From a virus (Duplodnaviria > Caudoviricetes): DNA of 54,704 bases. Below, piece by piece: positions 26,356-36,600 of the stretch. A program made the position numbers and the translations under genes. The notes beneath the pieces were generated by a model that saw only the letters and a program-made list of their open reading frames with translations, was not told where the DNA came from and did not search any database. Positions within the stretch are counted from its first letter, which is position 1; each line of letters begins with the position of its first letter. Location of the stretch: positions 1 through 54,704 of the IMG/VR virus record IMGVR_UViG_3300030105_002351. One strand, written 5' to 3'.

Positions 26356-27080
26356 GTGATAAAGAATTAACTTATGGAGAAGTTTGGAACACTTTAAAAG
26401 CCGTAGATGTTTCAAAGCATACGGAAGAAAAAATGAACCTTACATATCTCTCTTGGAGTCGAGCGTTCAGTTTGTTGATGGATAACTATCCGCAGGCACA
26501 GTATGAGTTTGTGAATTTTAGTAATTCTGATGATATAACAAGTGGCACTTTACCTTACAGGTTATTACCTGACGGAACTACTGAGGTTCATACTAGGATT
26601 ACTATTGATAATCTAGTAAGAGAAATGAGATTACCAATTATGGATTACAAGAATAATCCTGTTGTTAATCCCCATGCAAGGCAAGTGTCTGATAACTCAA
26701 TGCGATGTTTAGTTAAAAACATGGCTATGTTTGGTCTTGGCATATCTGTATTTACAGGAATGGCTGACGATACTTTGCCTGATGAAGCTAAAGATAAACA
26801 GCCCAAAGGTAAAAAGGTTCCTGCTAAATCTGCACCTGTAAAAAAAGAAATCACCGAAGAAAAAACTGAACCAACTTTTGATAAAGATTGGGCAGAAATT
26901 TTTGTGGATGGATGTATTAATGTAATTGATGGTGGTATGTATAAAACAAGACAGGAAATAGTTACTTTTTATAAAGAAAACTCTGAACATATTGGTGTTC
27001 TTAAAGACAAGTTTCCTCAACATAAGAAATTGTTAGATGACCATATCAAAGAATTTATTAATAAAATTACCGAAAAATAA
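26352..27080 (+). CDS. Sak/Rad52-like single-strand annealing protein (DUF1071-like)
   Basis: LTYLSW..A, LPIMD.KN, MRCLVK..AMFGLG motifs. Confidence 0.8.
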   Translation: MSDKELTYGEVWNTLKAVDVSKHTEEKMNLTYLSWSRAFSLLMDNYPQAQYEFVNFSNSDDITSGTLPYRLLPDGTTEVHTRITIDNLVREMRLPIMDYKNNPVVNPHARQVSDNSMRCLVKNMAMFGLGISVFTGMADDTLPDEAKDKQPKGKKVPAKSAPVKKEITEEKTEPTFDKDWAEIFVDGCINVIDGGMYKTRQEIVTFYKENSEHIGVLKDKFPQHKKLLDDHIKEFINKITEK

Positions 27081-27099
27081 CTTACTAGGAGATATAAAA

Positions 27100-27408
27100 A
27101 TGGAAGATCGAGTACAAAGTGATGGTGCAATTTATGTGAATAATTATAAAAATTCAGATAAGCAACCAGATTGGACAGGTAAAGTGGCTTTAGATAAAAC
27201 ACTTTTAAAAGCTTTGGTTGAGAAAATTAAAGCAGGAGAAGAAGCAGAAATGCGGATTGCTCTTTGGGATCGTGTATCTAAGAATGGTAATGAATACAAG
27301 TATAGTAGGCTTGATATTCCACAACCCCAAAATGAAACCAAGTCTGCGCCTGCGCCTGCGCCTGTTAAACAAGCAGAGGAATTAAGCGATGATGACATCC
27401 CTTTTTGA
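27100..27408 (+). CDS. Putative single-stranded DNA-binding protein
   Basis: AGGAG RBS, ATG 27100; N..K....QPDWTG, ALW...SK.G..Y, acidic DDDIPF tail. Confidence 0.75.
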   Translation: MEDRVQSDGAIYVNNYKNSDKQPDWTGKVALDKTLLKALVEKIKAGEEAEMRIALWDRVSKNGNEYKYSRLDIPQPQNETKSAPAPAPVKQAEELSDDDIPF

Positions 27409-27679
27409 AGCAAAAAAAATGGTTTGTGATGCAAATAAAAAAAAGTCACATAAAGATAATGGGGATGCCGCAAGGCATTCTCATATTCATGAGATAGAAG
27501 ACCTTGCATTAACAATGGAAAATTTTATTTACCAGTTAGAAGCTTGTAATTCACATAACAAAGAACTTTCTGTATCTAACTTAAAAATTTTTATATATGA
27601 AATTGATAAGCAGATTAAAAATATGCTTCCGAAAAAAGAAGATGAAGAAGTTTATGATCCTAACAAGTTGCCTTTTTAA
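27389..27679 (+). CDS. Hypothetical protein
   Basis: 96 aa in the operon; ends NKLPF. Confidence 0.6.
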   Translation: MMTSLFEAKKMVCDANKKKSHKDNGDAARHSHIHEIEDLALTMENFIYQLEACNSHNKELSVSNLKIFIYEIDKQIKNMLPKKEDEEVYDPNKLPF

Positions 27680-27691
27680 TAGGAGATAGCA

Positions 27692-28087
27692 ATGAAAGAT
27701 ATTGATTCAGAACCGCCAGAAGGTTTCGGAAATTTTGAGAAAGGTGAATTTTTTGAAGCTAAATCAGAAGAGGCTATCAGGCTAGTGCTTGAAGCTATGT
27801 TTGAATATCCTTACGGAGACTTTACTGATTTTACTTATATGGAGGAATTGCCTAATAAGAATTCCGTATCTGATAAGGAACAGCATGATCACTTTAAATT
27901 GTTAGTTATGTCTTTATATAATCAAGGTGGTGGCTCAAATAGAAATCAACTCTTGGCACAGCTTGGAGAGGTATGGATTTCACATATTGATCAATCTATT
28001 TTAAGAATGGAAAAACAAACTGATGATAAGCTAGAAGAACTTTGGGAATCAGAAATAGAAGAACCTTGCGACCCACCCGAATATTAA
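27692..28087 (+). CDS. Hypothetical acidic protein
   Basis: AGGAG RBS, 131 aa. Confidence 0.7.
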   Translation: MKDIDSEPPEGFGNFEKGEFFEAKSEEAIRLVLEAMFEYPYGDFTDFTYMEELPNKNSVSDKEQHDHFKLLVMSLYNQGGGSNRNQLLAQLGEVWISHIDQSILRMEKQTDDKLEELWESEIEEPCDPPEY

Positions 28088-28099
28088 AAAGAGATACTT

Positions 28100-28261
28100 A
28101 TGAGCAATTTTGATGGAAGGAAAGGTAATAAACAAAGACCTTTAAACAAAGAAAAGTTTGATAGTGAATGGGATAGGATTTTTCAAAAACCAGAGGTAGA
28201 ATCTGATGATAGAGACAGAAAATTGGATGAACAAAATAAGAAAACTAAACCCCTTAATTGA
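28100..28261 (+). CDS. 53-aa conserved small phage protein
   Basis: KG.KQRP.....F...WDRIF motif; not in the ORF track. Confidence 0.55.
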   Translation: MSNFDGRKGNKQRPLNKEKFDSEWDRIFQKPEVESDDRDRKLDEQNKKTKPLN

Positions 28262-28541
28262 AAAAACAGAATTTCAGGCACTCAAGGCTGAAGCAGAGCA
28301 TAAAAAACTTTTAGCAATGTTGAAATTAGAGGCTTTGGCTGACGGCATAAAAACAGACTCAGCCCAAAACACTTACGCTGAAAGCAAGATCGAACTATTT
28401 GATTCAAGAATTAAAATTGCTAGTTATAAGAGTGGATTAGTGGCACTAAAACTAGAACTCAAGGCTACAGAAATTGGGTTTGAGCAATGGAGAACTGAAC
28501 AAGTTAATCTGAGAAAGGAAAAAACTAGATATGGAGCGTAA
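28206..28541 (+). CDS. Coiled-coil hypothetical protein
   Basis: Helical, ends in FEQWRT.Q.N.R.E. Confidence 0.7.
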   Translation: MIETENWMNKIRKLNPLIEKTEFQALKAEAEHKKLLAMLKLEALADGIKTDSAQNTYAESKIELFDSRIKIASYKSGLVALKLELKATEIGFEQWRTEQVNLRKEKTRYGA

Positions 28542-28686
28542 TATCACTGAACCTTTTTTAAAAAAATTGCTTAATTTTTCTGAAGACAAAAGAAAAAAAA
28601 TAGCTTTGATTTTAATTACATCCTGTATAACAAGCTTATCTGATCAAGAAATTAAGCAAGTGGTAAAAAGCATACATGAAAGGTAA
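28531..28686 (+). CDS. 51-aa hypothetical protein
   Basis: Open frame overlapping both neighbours and filling the gap. Confidence 0.45.
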   Translation: MERNITEPFLKKLLNFSEDKRKKIALILITSCITSLSDQEIKQVVKSIHER

Positions 28687-28996
28687 AACTCCAAATAAAG
28701 CAGAATTGAAGCACATGGATCGTGTTTCTCAGATAGGTTGTATTGTCTGCAAAAATCAAAACAAATTTTTTAATCCTTCTGAGATACATCATACTCAGGG
28801 TAAAACTAAACTTAATGCACACTATAAAGTTTTGCCTTTATGCTATGAGCATCATCGTATGGGTAGCGCAGTAGAGCCTATAAGTAGACATCCATACAAA
28901 GCTAGATTTGAAAAAGCCTACGGAACTGAAAAAGATTTGTTACAAGAAGTAAATAGGTTGTTAGACATTCATGACTATGACGATTTACCTTTTTAA
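28676..28996 (+). CDS. Ref/DUF968-like HNH-type zinc-binding nuclease
   Basis: GCIVC, EIHH, VLPLC..HHR, FE..YGTE..LL. Confidence 0.75.
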   Translation: MKGKTPNKAELKHMDRVSQIGCIVCKNQNKFFNPSEIHHTQGKTKLNAHYKVLPLCYEHHRMGSAVEPISRHPYKARFEKAYGTEKDLLQEVNRLLDIHDYDDLPF

Positions 28997-29063
28997 AAAT
29001 TACGCTGCGCGCCTGGCTGCTAAAAATAATATTTACTGGTCATATATATTTCAAGGGATACAG

Positions 29064-29804
29064 ATGATTAACGAAATACACAACGAAAGTTGCTTAGATA
29101 CAATGAGTCGTATGGATGATAACTCTGTTGACTTGGTAGTTACCTCCCCTCCATACAATATGAATCTAAGAATTAGAAATGGCAAGTATTGTTCAAGACA
29201 GATAGTCAAAGAACTTAGCACTAAGTACGAAGGGTTTAGTGATAATATGCCAATAGAAGAATACTACGAGTTTCATTCAAATGTTTTGAAAGAACTATTA
29301 AGGGTAAGTAGTTTAGTTTTTTATAACATACAGATAGTAACAGGTAGCAAGAGGTCTGTTTTTAAAATGATAGGCGAGTTTTCTGATCAGTTAAAAGATA
29401 TTATTGTTTGGGATAAAACTGTTGCACAACCAGCTATGCAAGAACAGGTGTTAAATAGACAGTCAGAATTATTATTAGTTTTTGAAAATGACAATGCAAT
29501 AAGTAGGCAGTTTAAAGATGCTACGTTTGAAAGAGGAAGCTTGAACGACATATGGAAAATATCTACTCGCTATCTTGATAAAAATAACAAAACTCATGGA
29601 GCTGTTTTTCCAGAAGAATTAGTAGCAAAAATTTTACGAAACTTTTCTAAAGAAGGTGATATTGTTTATGATCCTTTTATGGGTACAGGAACTACAGCAG
29701 TTGTTTGCAAAAAATTAAAAAGAAAGTTTATCGGAAGTGAGATTAATCAAGAGTACACAAAAGATTGTAATAAAAGATTAGACAACATAGGTTTTGAATT
29801 TTAA
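29064..29804 (+). CDS. DNA methyltransferase (N4-C/N6-A, beta class)
   Basis: VTSPPYN motif IV before DPFMGTGTT motif I; H.AVFP; start placed at ATG 29064. Confidence 0.92.
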   Translation: MINEIHNESCLDTMSRMDDNSVDLVVTSPPYNMNLRIRNGKYCSRQIVKELSTKYEGFSDNMPIEEYYEFHSNVLKELLRVSSLVFYNIQIVTGSKRSVFKMIGEFSDQLKDIIVWDKTVAQPAMQEQVLNRQSELLLVFENDNAISRQFKDATFERGSLNDIWKISTRYLDKNNKTHGAVFPEELVAKILRNFSKEGDIVYDPFMGTGTTAVVCKKLKRKFIGSEINQEYTKDCNKRLDNIGFEF

Positions 29805-29841
29805 TGAAAGAACACTCTTTTAAGAAAGCAGGACTTAAACT

Positions 29842-30234
29842 TTGAAAATTATTCTTCCGTTAGAAGTTTACTACTCAAAAAATAAAAAATTTATTTTAAA
29901 CTTAAATAACTATCGTAATGCTCATTACAGGATATTGTCTAGTGCAAAGAGATGTTACACAGATAACTTGTTGTATGATTTGAAAGGACTAGATAGTTTT
30001 TCTGAGCCTGTTTCTTTGGTTTACACATACTATGCAAAGAGCAACAGAAGATTAGATATAAGCAATCCTTGTTCAGTGATAGACAAGTTTGCTTGTGACG
30101 CTTTGGTAAAAGCAGGAATCATTAAAGACGATAGCTTTAAACAAGTTGTAGATGTTACTTATGTTTTCGGTGGAGTTGATAAAGAAAATTTTAGATGCGA
30201 ACTAGAAATTACGAGCTGCAAAACAACAAGCTAA
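29842..30234 (+). CDS. rusA: RusA-like Holliday junction resolvase
   Basis: R.D.SN......K...DAL...G.I.DD catalytic pattern. Confidence 0.8.
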   Translation: MKIILPLEVYYSKNKKFILNLNNYRNAHYRILSSAKRCYTDNLLYDLKGLDSFSEPVSLVYTYYAKSNRRLDISNPCSVIDKFACDALVKAGIIKDDSFKQVVDVTYVFGGVDKENFRCELEITSCKTTS

Positions 30235-30281
30235 AAAATATTATTTACCAGTATATAAAATAATACATACAGAGGTGTAGC

Positions 30282-30623
30282 ATGGAATTCTTAATGGAGC
30301 AGTTGCAAAAAGATTTAAAAGAAAGGAAGGATTCTTGGTGGGAGTGGCACAAAGCTAATCCTCAAGTGTGGTATAAATTTGAAGAATACACGTTGGAAGC
30401 TATTAAAGCAGGTAGGAAAAATTATTCTCATTGGGCAATCATAAATCGTATTAGATGGCATAGCGAAATAGAAACAGAAGGTGGTGAGTTTAAAATCAGC
30501 AACGACTATATTTGTTTTTATGCCAGACTATTCCATGTTCATTATCCAGAACATAAAGACTTCTTCAGATTAAAACAACTGAAAGAAGAAAAGATGATGG
30601 ATGATCTACAGTCCACCCTGTAG
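30282..30623 (+). CDS. Conserved hypothetical phage protein
   Basis: H..NP.V...F, I.NRIRW, FKISND....YAR motifs. Confidence 0.7.
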   Translation: MEFLMEQLQKDLKERKDSWWEWHKANPQVWYKFEEYTLEAIKAGRKNYSHWAIINRIRWHSEIETEGGEFKISNDYICFYARLFHVHYPEHKDFFRLKQLKEEKMMDDLQSTL

Positions 30624-33600
30624 AATAGGTACGTTAGCCTTGGCTCTTAGTGCAGGAACGATTGATAGTCTTTTATTTCTATTTATTTCTAAATCTCTTA
30701 TTAGGTCTGATTTAACAATAATAGATATGTCTTGTCTTTTCATTATGGCATTTCGCTTTTTTCTGAAATTAGCCATATATTTTTCTAAGGCTCTGACTTG
30801 AGATTTAACATTTGAAACACCTTGATAGTTTTCTCTATATGCAGCTAGTTCGTCAAATCTCCCATCTTGTCTAAGACTGTTTAGCGTTTGAGTTACTTTA
30901 TCAACTTCTTGACGCAACTCATAAAAGCCTTGTTGCAGTCCATTCATCTTTTTAGTATCCATAAGAATTCTATTAACAAAAGGTAGTCTTGTAAAATTAG
31001 TAGGATTACTAACAATGTTGTTTGGAATATAGGGGCTACCTGTTGCAGTTCTAGCAATTGAATCAGCTACCGCTAAAGCATAACCGCCAAGAGTACCTGT
31101 ATATCCTTTCATAACATATTCTATCTTCATAGGTGATATATTAAAAAGCTCACCTATAAGTCTAGCCACTTCGTTAGTTTGTGGGTTTGATTGTAATCCT
31201 GCTTGTTTTTTTTGCTTATAATAAGGAACAATTTCTGTACCTGTAAACGAGTTTCTATTAGTAACAGCTTCAAAAAAAGGCTTTATAGCTTGTATGCTTA
31301 TATCTCCCATTAAAAACGGAATATTAGTTGCTGTTTGTATTTGCCTCGCTATAGATGCAGTTGTATCTTTTTCTACAGAGCCATCTTCTTTTATTTGCCC
31401 TGCCGCTAAATCAAACAATCTTTCAGGAATTGCTTTAAAGAAAGCTCCTATTTCAAAAGGTATAGGTAGTTTAATAGTATAATCAAAAGGTGTAGGTATT
31501 AACCAGTTGTCATCTCTTACTTCTCTTGGCGCGCCTTTGTAATCTTCAGTATCACTCACCATTAAATAATACAACAAAGTAATACCCATTAAAGATAAGC
31601 CTCTAAGGAGTGCCGTTCTTGTTATTCTTTTTTTAAGGTCTTGTGCAGATTCTCCTGATTGCAATTTTTCTGTTGCAGAATATCGACCTGTTGAAGTTCT
31701 ATACAAAACATCAAGACCTTGTATTCTTGCGTTTAAAAATGGTATTGCGGCAGTAATCATTCCAAAAAATGGTGAGCTTCCTCTGCGACCAAAGTTAATA
31801 ATTTCTAATCCTTGATAAGCTGCGGCTGACTGAGCTTCAGCTTCTGATGCTCCTTGTTTTTTTAGATCGTTATAAACGGAATGATAGACTGCTAAACGAG
31901 CTGCTCCATCAGATTTAGTTGTTAGTCCACCAAGACCATCCCATAGTTTGAAGAAAGCATTTTCTAGGCTAATTCCATTACCAGGCGTTAATCCTTGCTG
32001 TCTTCTAGCTCTTGCCATATATCTAACAATATCACCTTCATCGTTAGCAAAATCATATCCACCTACTATTCCAAACTTTTCTAATTCTGACATATCTGCA
32101 AACATATTTGCTACTGAATCTACAATAGGTGTAAAAGTATCTCCACCTATACCTAGTTTAACTCCTGAAGTAACAGCAGTAGACAGGGTATCTCTAAGTA
32201 TGTTTACAACAACAAAACCAGGGTCTCTTGTGATCATGTCTCTTAAAAAACCAGCAGGCATTGAAAAAGCTTTAGTTAAAGCATCTATCTTAACTCCACC
32301 AACTGTTCTTACAGCTTCAAAAATTTCTCTGTCATCTATTTCATACATTTTTTTTTCGCCATTTTCAAAAACAAGAACTGTCATAGCGTTTGGTTTAGTA
32401 TTAGGATTTTTTGGTCTTGCCATTTTCTCTAATTGCATATCTCTAAGTAATTTAGATAAACCATCATTTTTCATAGATGCAGTAAGAATAGATAAAGAGT
32501 TTCTTGCTATAGCTTCAAGTGAAGGAACATTAATGTCTTTTTCTGATCCTTCCATTTTTATGGATAAAGGATTACCTGGCAACATTCCACCACCAATAGA
32601 AGGTGCTGATATACCTTTATCATCTATCATTTCTCTATAGAATGGATAATAGGATGAATGTTCTATCCATAGTGCAGCTTGTTCTTCGCTTAACAAACCT
32701 TTGTCTCTTGCAAATTTTATTAATTCATTATTCCATTTTTGATAGTTTTTATATACTTCAACTACTTGTGGATAATTAGCTTCTATATTAGCTTTTTCTT
32801 CTGCATTTTTTGCAGCATCTCGTAAAGAAATCGGAATTAAAACTCCGTCCTTTAATTTTGCTACTCTATTAACTATCGCATATTTAGCAAATATATATTC
32901 TAAATCTACTAAAGGATTTTCAAAAAGAGGTGCAGTAAATTGTAATAGTCCACCTTTTCCTATATCGCTATCTTTTATAAAATTATTATGTTCAGCAGAA
33001 AACTCAAACTCGTTGACAACGGCTATAGATTCTTGACCTTCTATTTGGCTGGCAGGAGTACCTCTTGTAAGCATTTGAGCAAATACACCCCTAGATTTAT
33101 CTGACAATCTTATTGAAGCTATAGAAGATGTTGTTATTGAATTATTTAATATTCTTATTTCTTCGTTTGTTTCTGATGCCTTTTCTACAAATTTGGCGAA
33201 GACATCATCCTTATCAACTATTTCTTTTCTTAATCTACTTAAAGTGCTTTTAATGTTTGTTACAGGATCAGCAGTAAATTTTATAATGCGTTCGCCAAAT
33301 GTCATTGCTGTAGGTTGATAGCCTTCTTGTTCAGCTTGTTCTTTATATTCTTCAGGCACTTGTTTATTTTTATTTTTTGGCAAAGATATTTCTATTGCTG
33401 GTGATGGGTCTACTGCAAAGTCTTGTGCGGCTTTTAATGCCACATCAGAAGCTTTTATATTGTATGGGGGTATCTGACCTATAGGAGTTTTTTTAACAAG
33501 TTCTTCAGCTTTTTCTACAGCATCAATTAATGATGGTGAAGGATTTGGAGAACGAGAGCTATCTTCAAATACATTAAGCTTTACAACATTAGATGGAAAG

Positions 33601-36600
33601 TAACCCCATCTTTCTAATGAATTACCATCCCAACGAACATCTCCTGCTTTTAACTGATAAGTATATAATTTAGATACAGATGGTTCAGCTATTTCACCAA
33701 GATCAAAAATACTATCCATCGTGTTATAAAGTTTTTCTTTTTCTAAACTTATAGCACCTTCTTTATTTATTTGTTCTTGTCTTCTTCTGTCTCGCTCTGC
33801 ATCTCTTATTTCTTGTCTAGTTATTTGCGAGTCATTTACATAATTTTGTGCTTCTGTTTTAGAGGGTGTTATGAAATCTCCTGCACGCAAATCATCTGTA
33901 GGTGATGCTCTGTACATAGTTATAGTTGCATTAGGATTATCTTTAATTTGTTTAAGCTTTTCCATAAAAGCTATAGTTTCTTTAAAGATTGGTTCACCTC
34001 TTTGAGATGCCATATAGAATCTAGGATTTCTGTATATATCATTAGGAGAAAAACCATCTCCATCTACATTTTCTAACAAGTTGCTAGCTCTTGGACCTCT
34101 AGTTATATCAACAAAATCATTTGCCATACCTGATGATTCATCTCTAGTTTCTACAGGAGGGCTAGATTCTATAACAGGACTTGTTAAAGAAGAAAAATCC
34201 GCATCACCTTCAGCAACAGCTTTTCGTTTTTTAAATTCTGAAATTGCTTTATTAGCTTCAGAATCTGGTTTTAAAGCTAAACTTGATTCTTTTAAAAATG
34301 CAGATAAAACTGTTCCTCTTTTTGCTTCTAATCCTAATATTTTTCTTATTTCATTAACAAAAGCATCCCATACGTTTGTTTTTTTATACTCAATACTTTC
34401 CATAAAGTCTTGAAATTTCGGATCAGTCAGACCTACAGACAAAAGTTCAAAAACATTTTTTGTTCCATATGTAGCATTTCCTATTTTACTTTCACCAGAA
34501 TTTGAACCCATATTTGGGTCGATTGTCCTTAATCGATTTACTTCTGTTTTAAGAATTTTTCTTATTTTTTCTAAATTTTTGTAATTTTGTGTAGAATAAT
34601 CTGTTCCTAAATTAAATTCACTCAAAGGATCAGCTTTGCGTCTTGTAGCAAATGAACTAGAGAGTTTTTTAGGGTCTGATAATTTTAAAGATAGTGTAGT
34701 TGCAGCATGAACAAACTCATGTAATATTACATTAAAATTTAAACCAGAATCACTATTTATAACAACGTGTTTTTTTACTTTTCTATCATCCACATATGGA
34801 TCATGACTATAACCTGCTGCATCCTTAAGTTTACCAGTCATGTTTGTAATTACATATCTAATTGTATTGTCATTAGATTTTTGTGCTAAAAAAGATGGGT
34901 CAGTAATAAAAATTTCAGTATCAAAGCCTAAAGCTTTTTGTCTTTTAAGTTGTTTTAATACAGATTGAGCAATATATTTATAATCAGTAGATGGGGAATT
35001 TTTTACAAACCATTCCATAACACCTATTGAAGTTTTACCTTCTATTCCATTTAAAATAAATTCTTTTTCTATTTGTTTTTCAGCTTCTGTTCTTTCATAT
35101 AAGTTATATCTTTTAGATGGATTTTGTACAACAGATGGTTTTAAAACCCCCTTATCTTTAGGATTTAAAATAACACCTTTAATTGGTTTATTTTTTACAT
35201 CACCAACATTAATATTTGTTGTTACAGGAAAATCTTCAATTGCTGGAAAAAATGTAGTTCCTTTTGTATCATCTTCTAAAATTTCTGAAGGCACTATTTC
35301 AGGTCTATCTTCTACTTCAAATATAGAATCAGTTTCTGATCTTATTGATAATTTATCTAACTCTCTTAAAGTTCTAGTTTCACCTCTAGCTCTACTGCCA
35401 ATTTTACCAGCTTCTATATCATTAAATATTTCTGATGATTTTTTATAGCCAGAAGCTCTCATGGCTATTCCTACTTTTTTAAAAAAGTTAGAAAACTTAT
35501 TAAATATACCAGTAGCTTTTGGTGGTATATCAGGTTTAATATCTTTAGCCTTATATAAATCTGCTATAGCACTTTCTACATAAAATTCATCTATAAAATC
35601 AACACCCCTAGCTTTTTGTAGGTCTGTTAATTTAGATTCATTAATATTTTTACTTCTTTCGTAAAAAGTTTTACCTTTAGATTGTTCATCAAAACCTACA
35701 GGAACTTTTCTTCTTCTAATTTCTTTTCTTAAAAAGTTATATTCTTTCTCATTAATTAAATCTTTAGCACGAAACGCATGAATAACTTGTGCATCTATAA
35801 TGCTGTTTAATTTATTTTGTATTTCTATATCTGTAGCTGTTCCATCAGGATTAACCGCATTTAAGGAGATAAAAATAGTATCAGTATTTTCATCATACGA
35901 TGATTCAGTTTTATTTCTTCTGGTTTCAACAGGATCAAAAAATATTTTTTCTTTTCCAGCAATTAAATTTTCTGAAGATAAAATATCATTGCTAACAATA
36001 ACACCTGTTTCTTTTAGACCTACTTTGTTTAATGTTTTCTTTAGTTCTGTAGCAAACTTATTGGTTCTTCCTTCTTCTATTGCTTCAGGAAAGTTTATTG
36101 ATGGTGGCTCTACTTTTACAGGTGCTGTAAATCTACTTTGTTTTTCTCGTTCTTTTTCTACTAACTGGTCAATTAATTCTTTAGGTTTATTTTCTGCTAT
36201 AAGTCTAGCTTCAAATTCTTCAGGTGTTTCATTAAATCCTTCTGCTCTACGAGCAATATCGTATTCAAAATTTTCTTTAATTTTTATGTTCGGATATAGT
36301 CCTTTTTTGTTTAAGACTTCTGCTCTGCCACTGTTTAGTAAATCATCTTGAAATTGTGTTGCTTGTTTAGCAATATTTTCATTTAAATTTCCGCTTTCAA
36401 AATTAACTCTACTTTTTATATATTTACTAATATCTTCAAAATTAAATTCTGCTGTTTCAACAGTTGCTACAAAGTCTGCCATATCTTGTGCTGTATATTC
36501 TCTTTTACTAAAGTCAGGTAATGGAGTAAGAGTGTTAAAAGAAGGTAATGAATCTACCCTAGCAAACAATAATTCTAGTTGACCTTGATTCATTAAGTAA

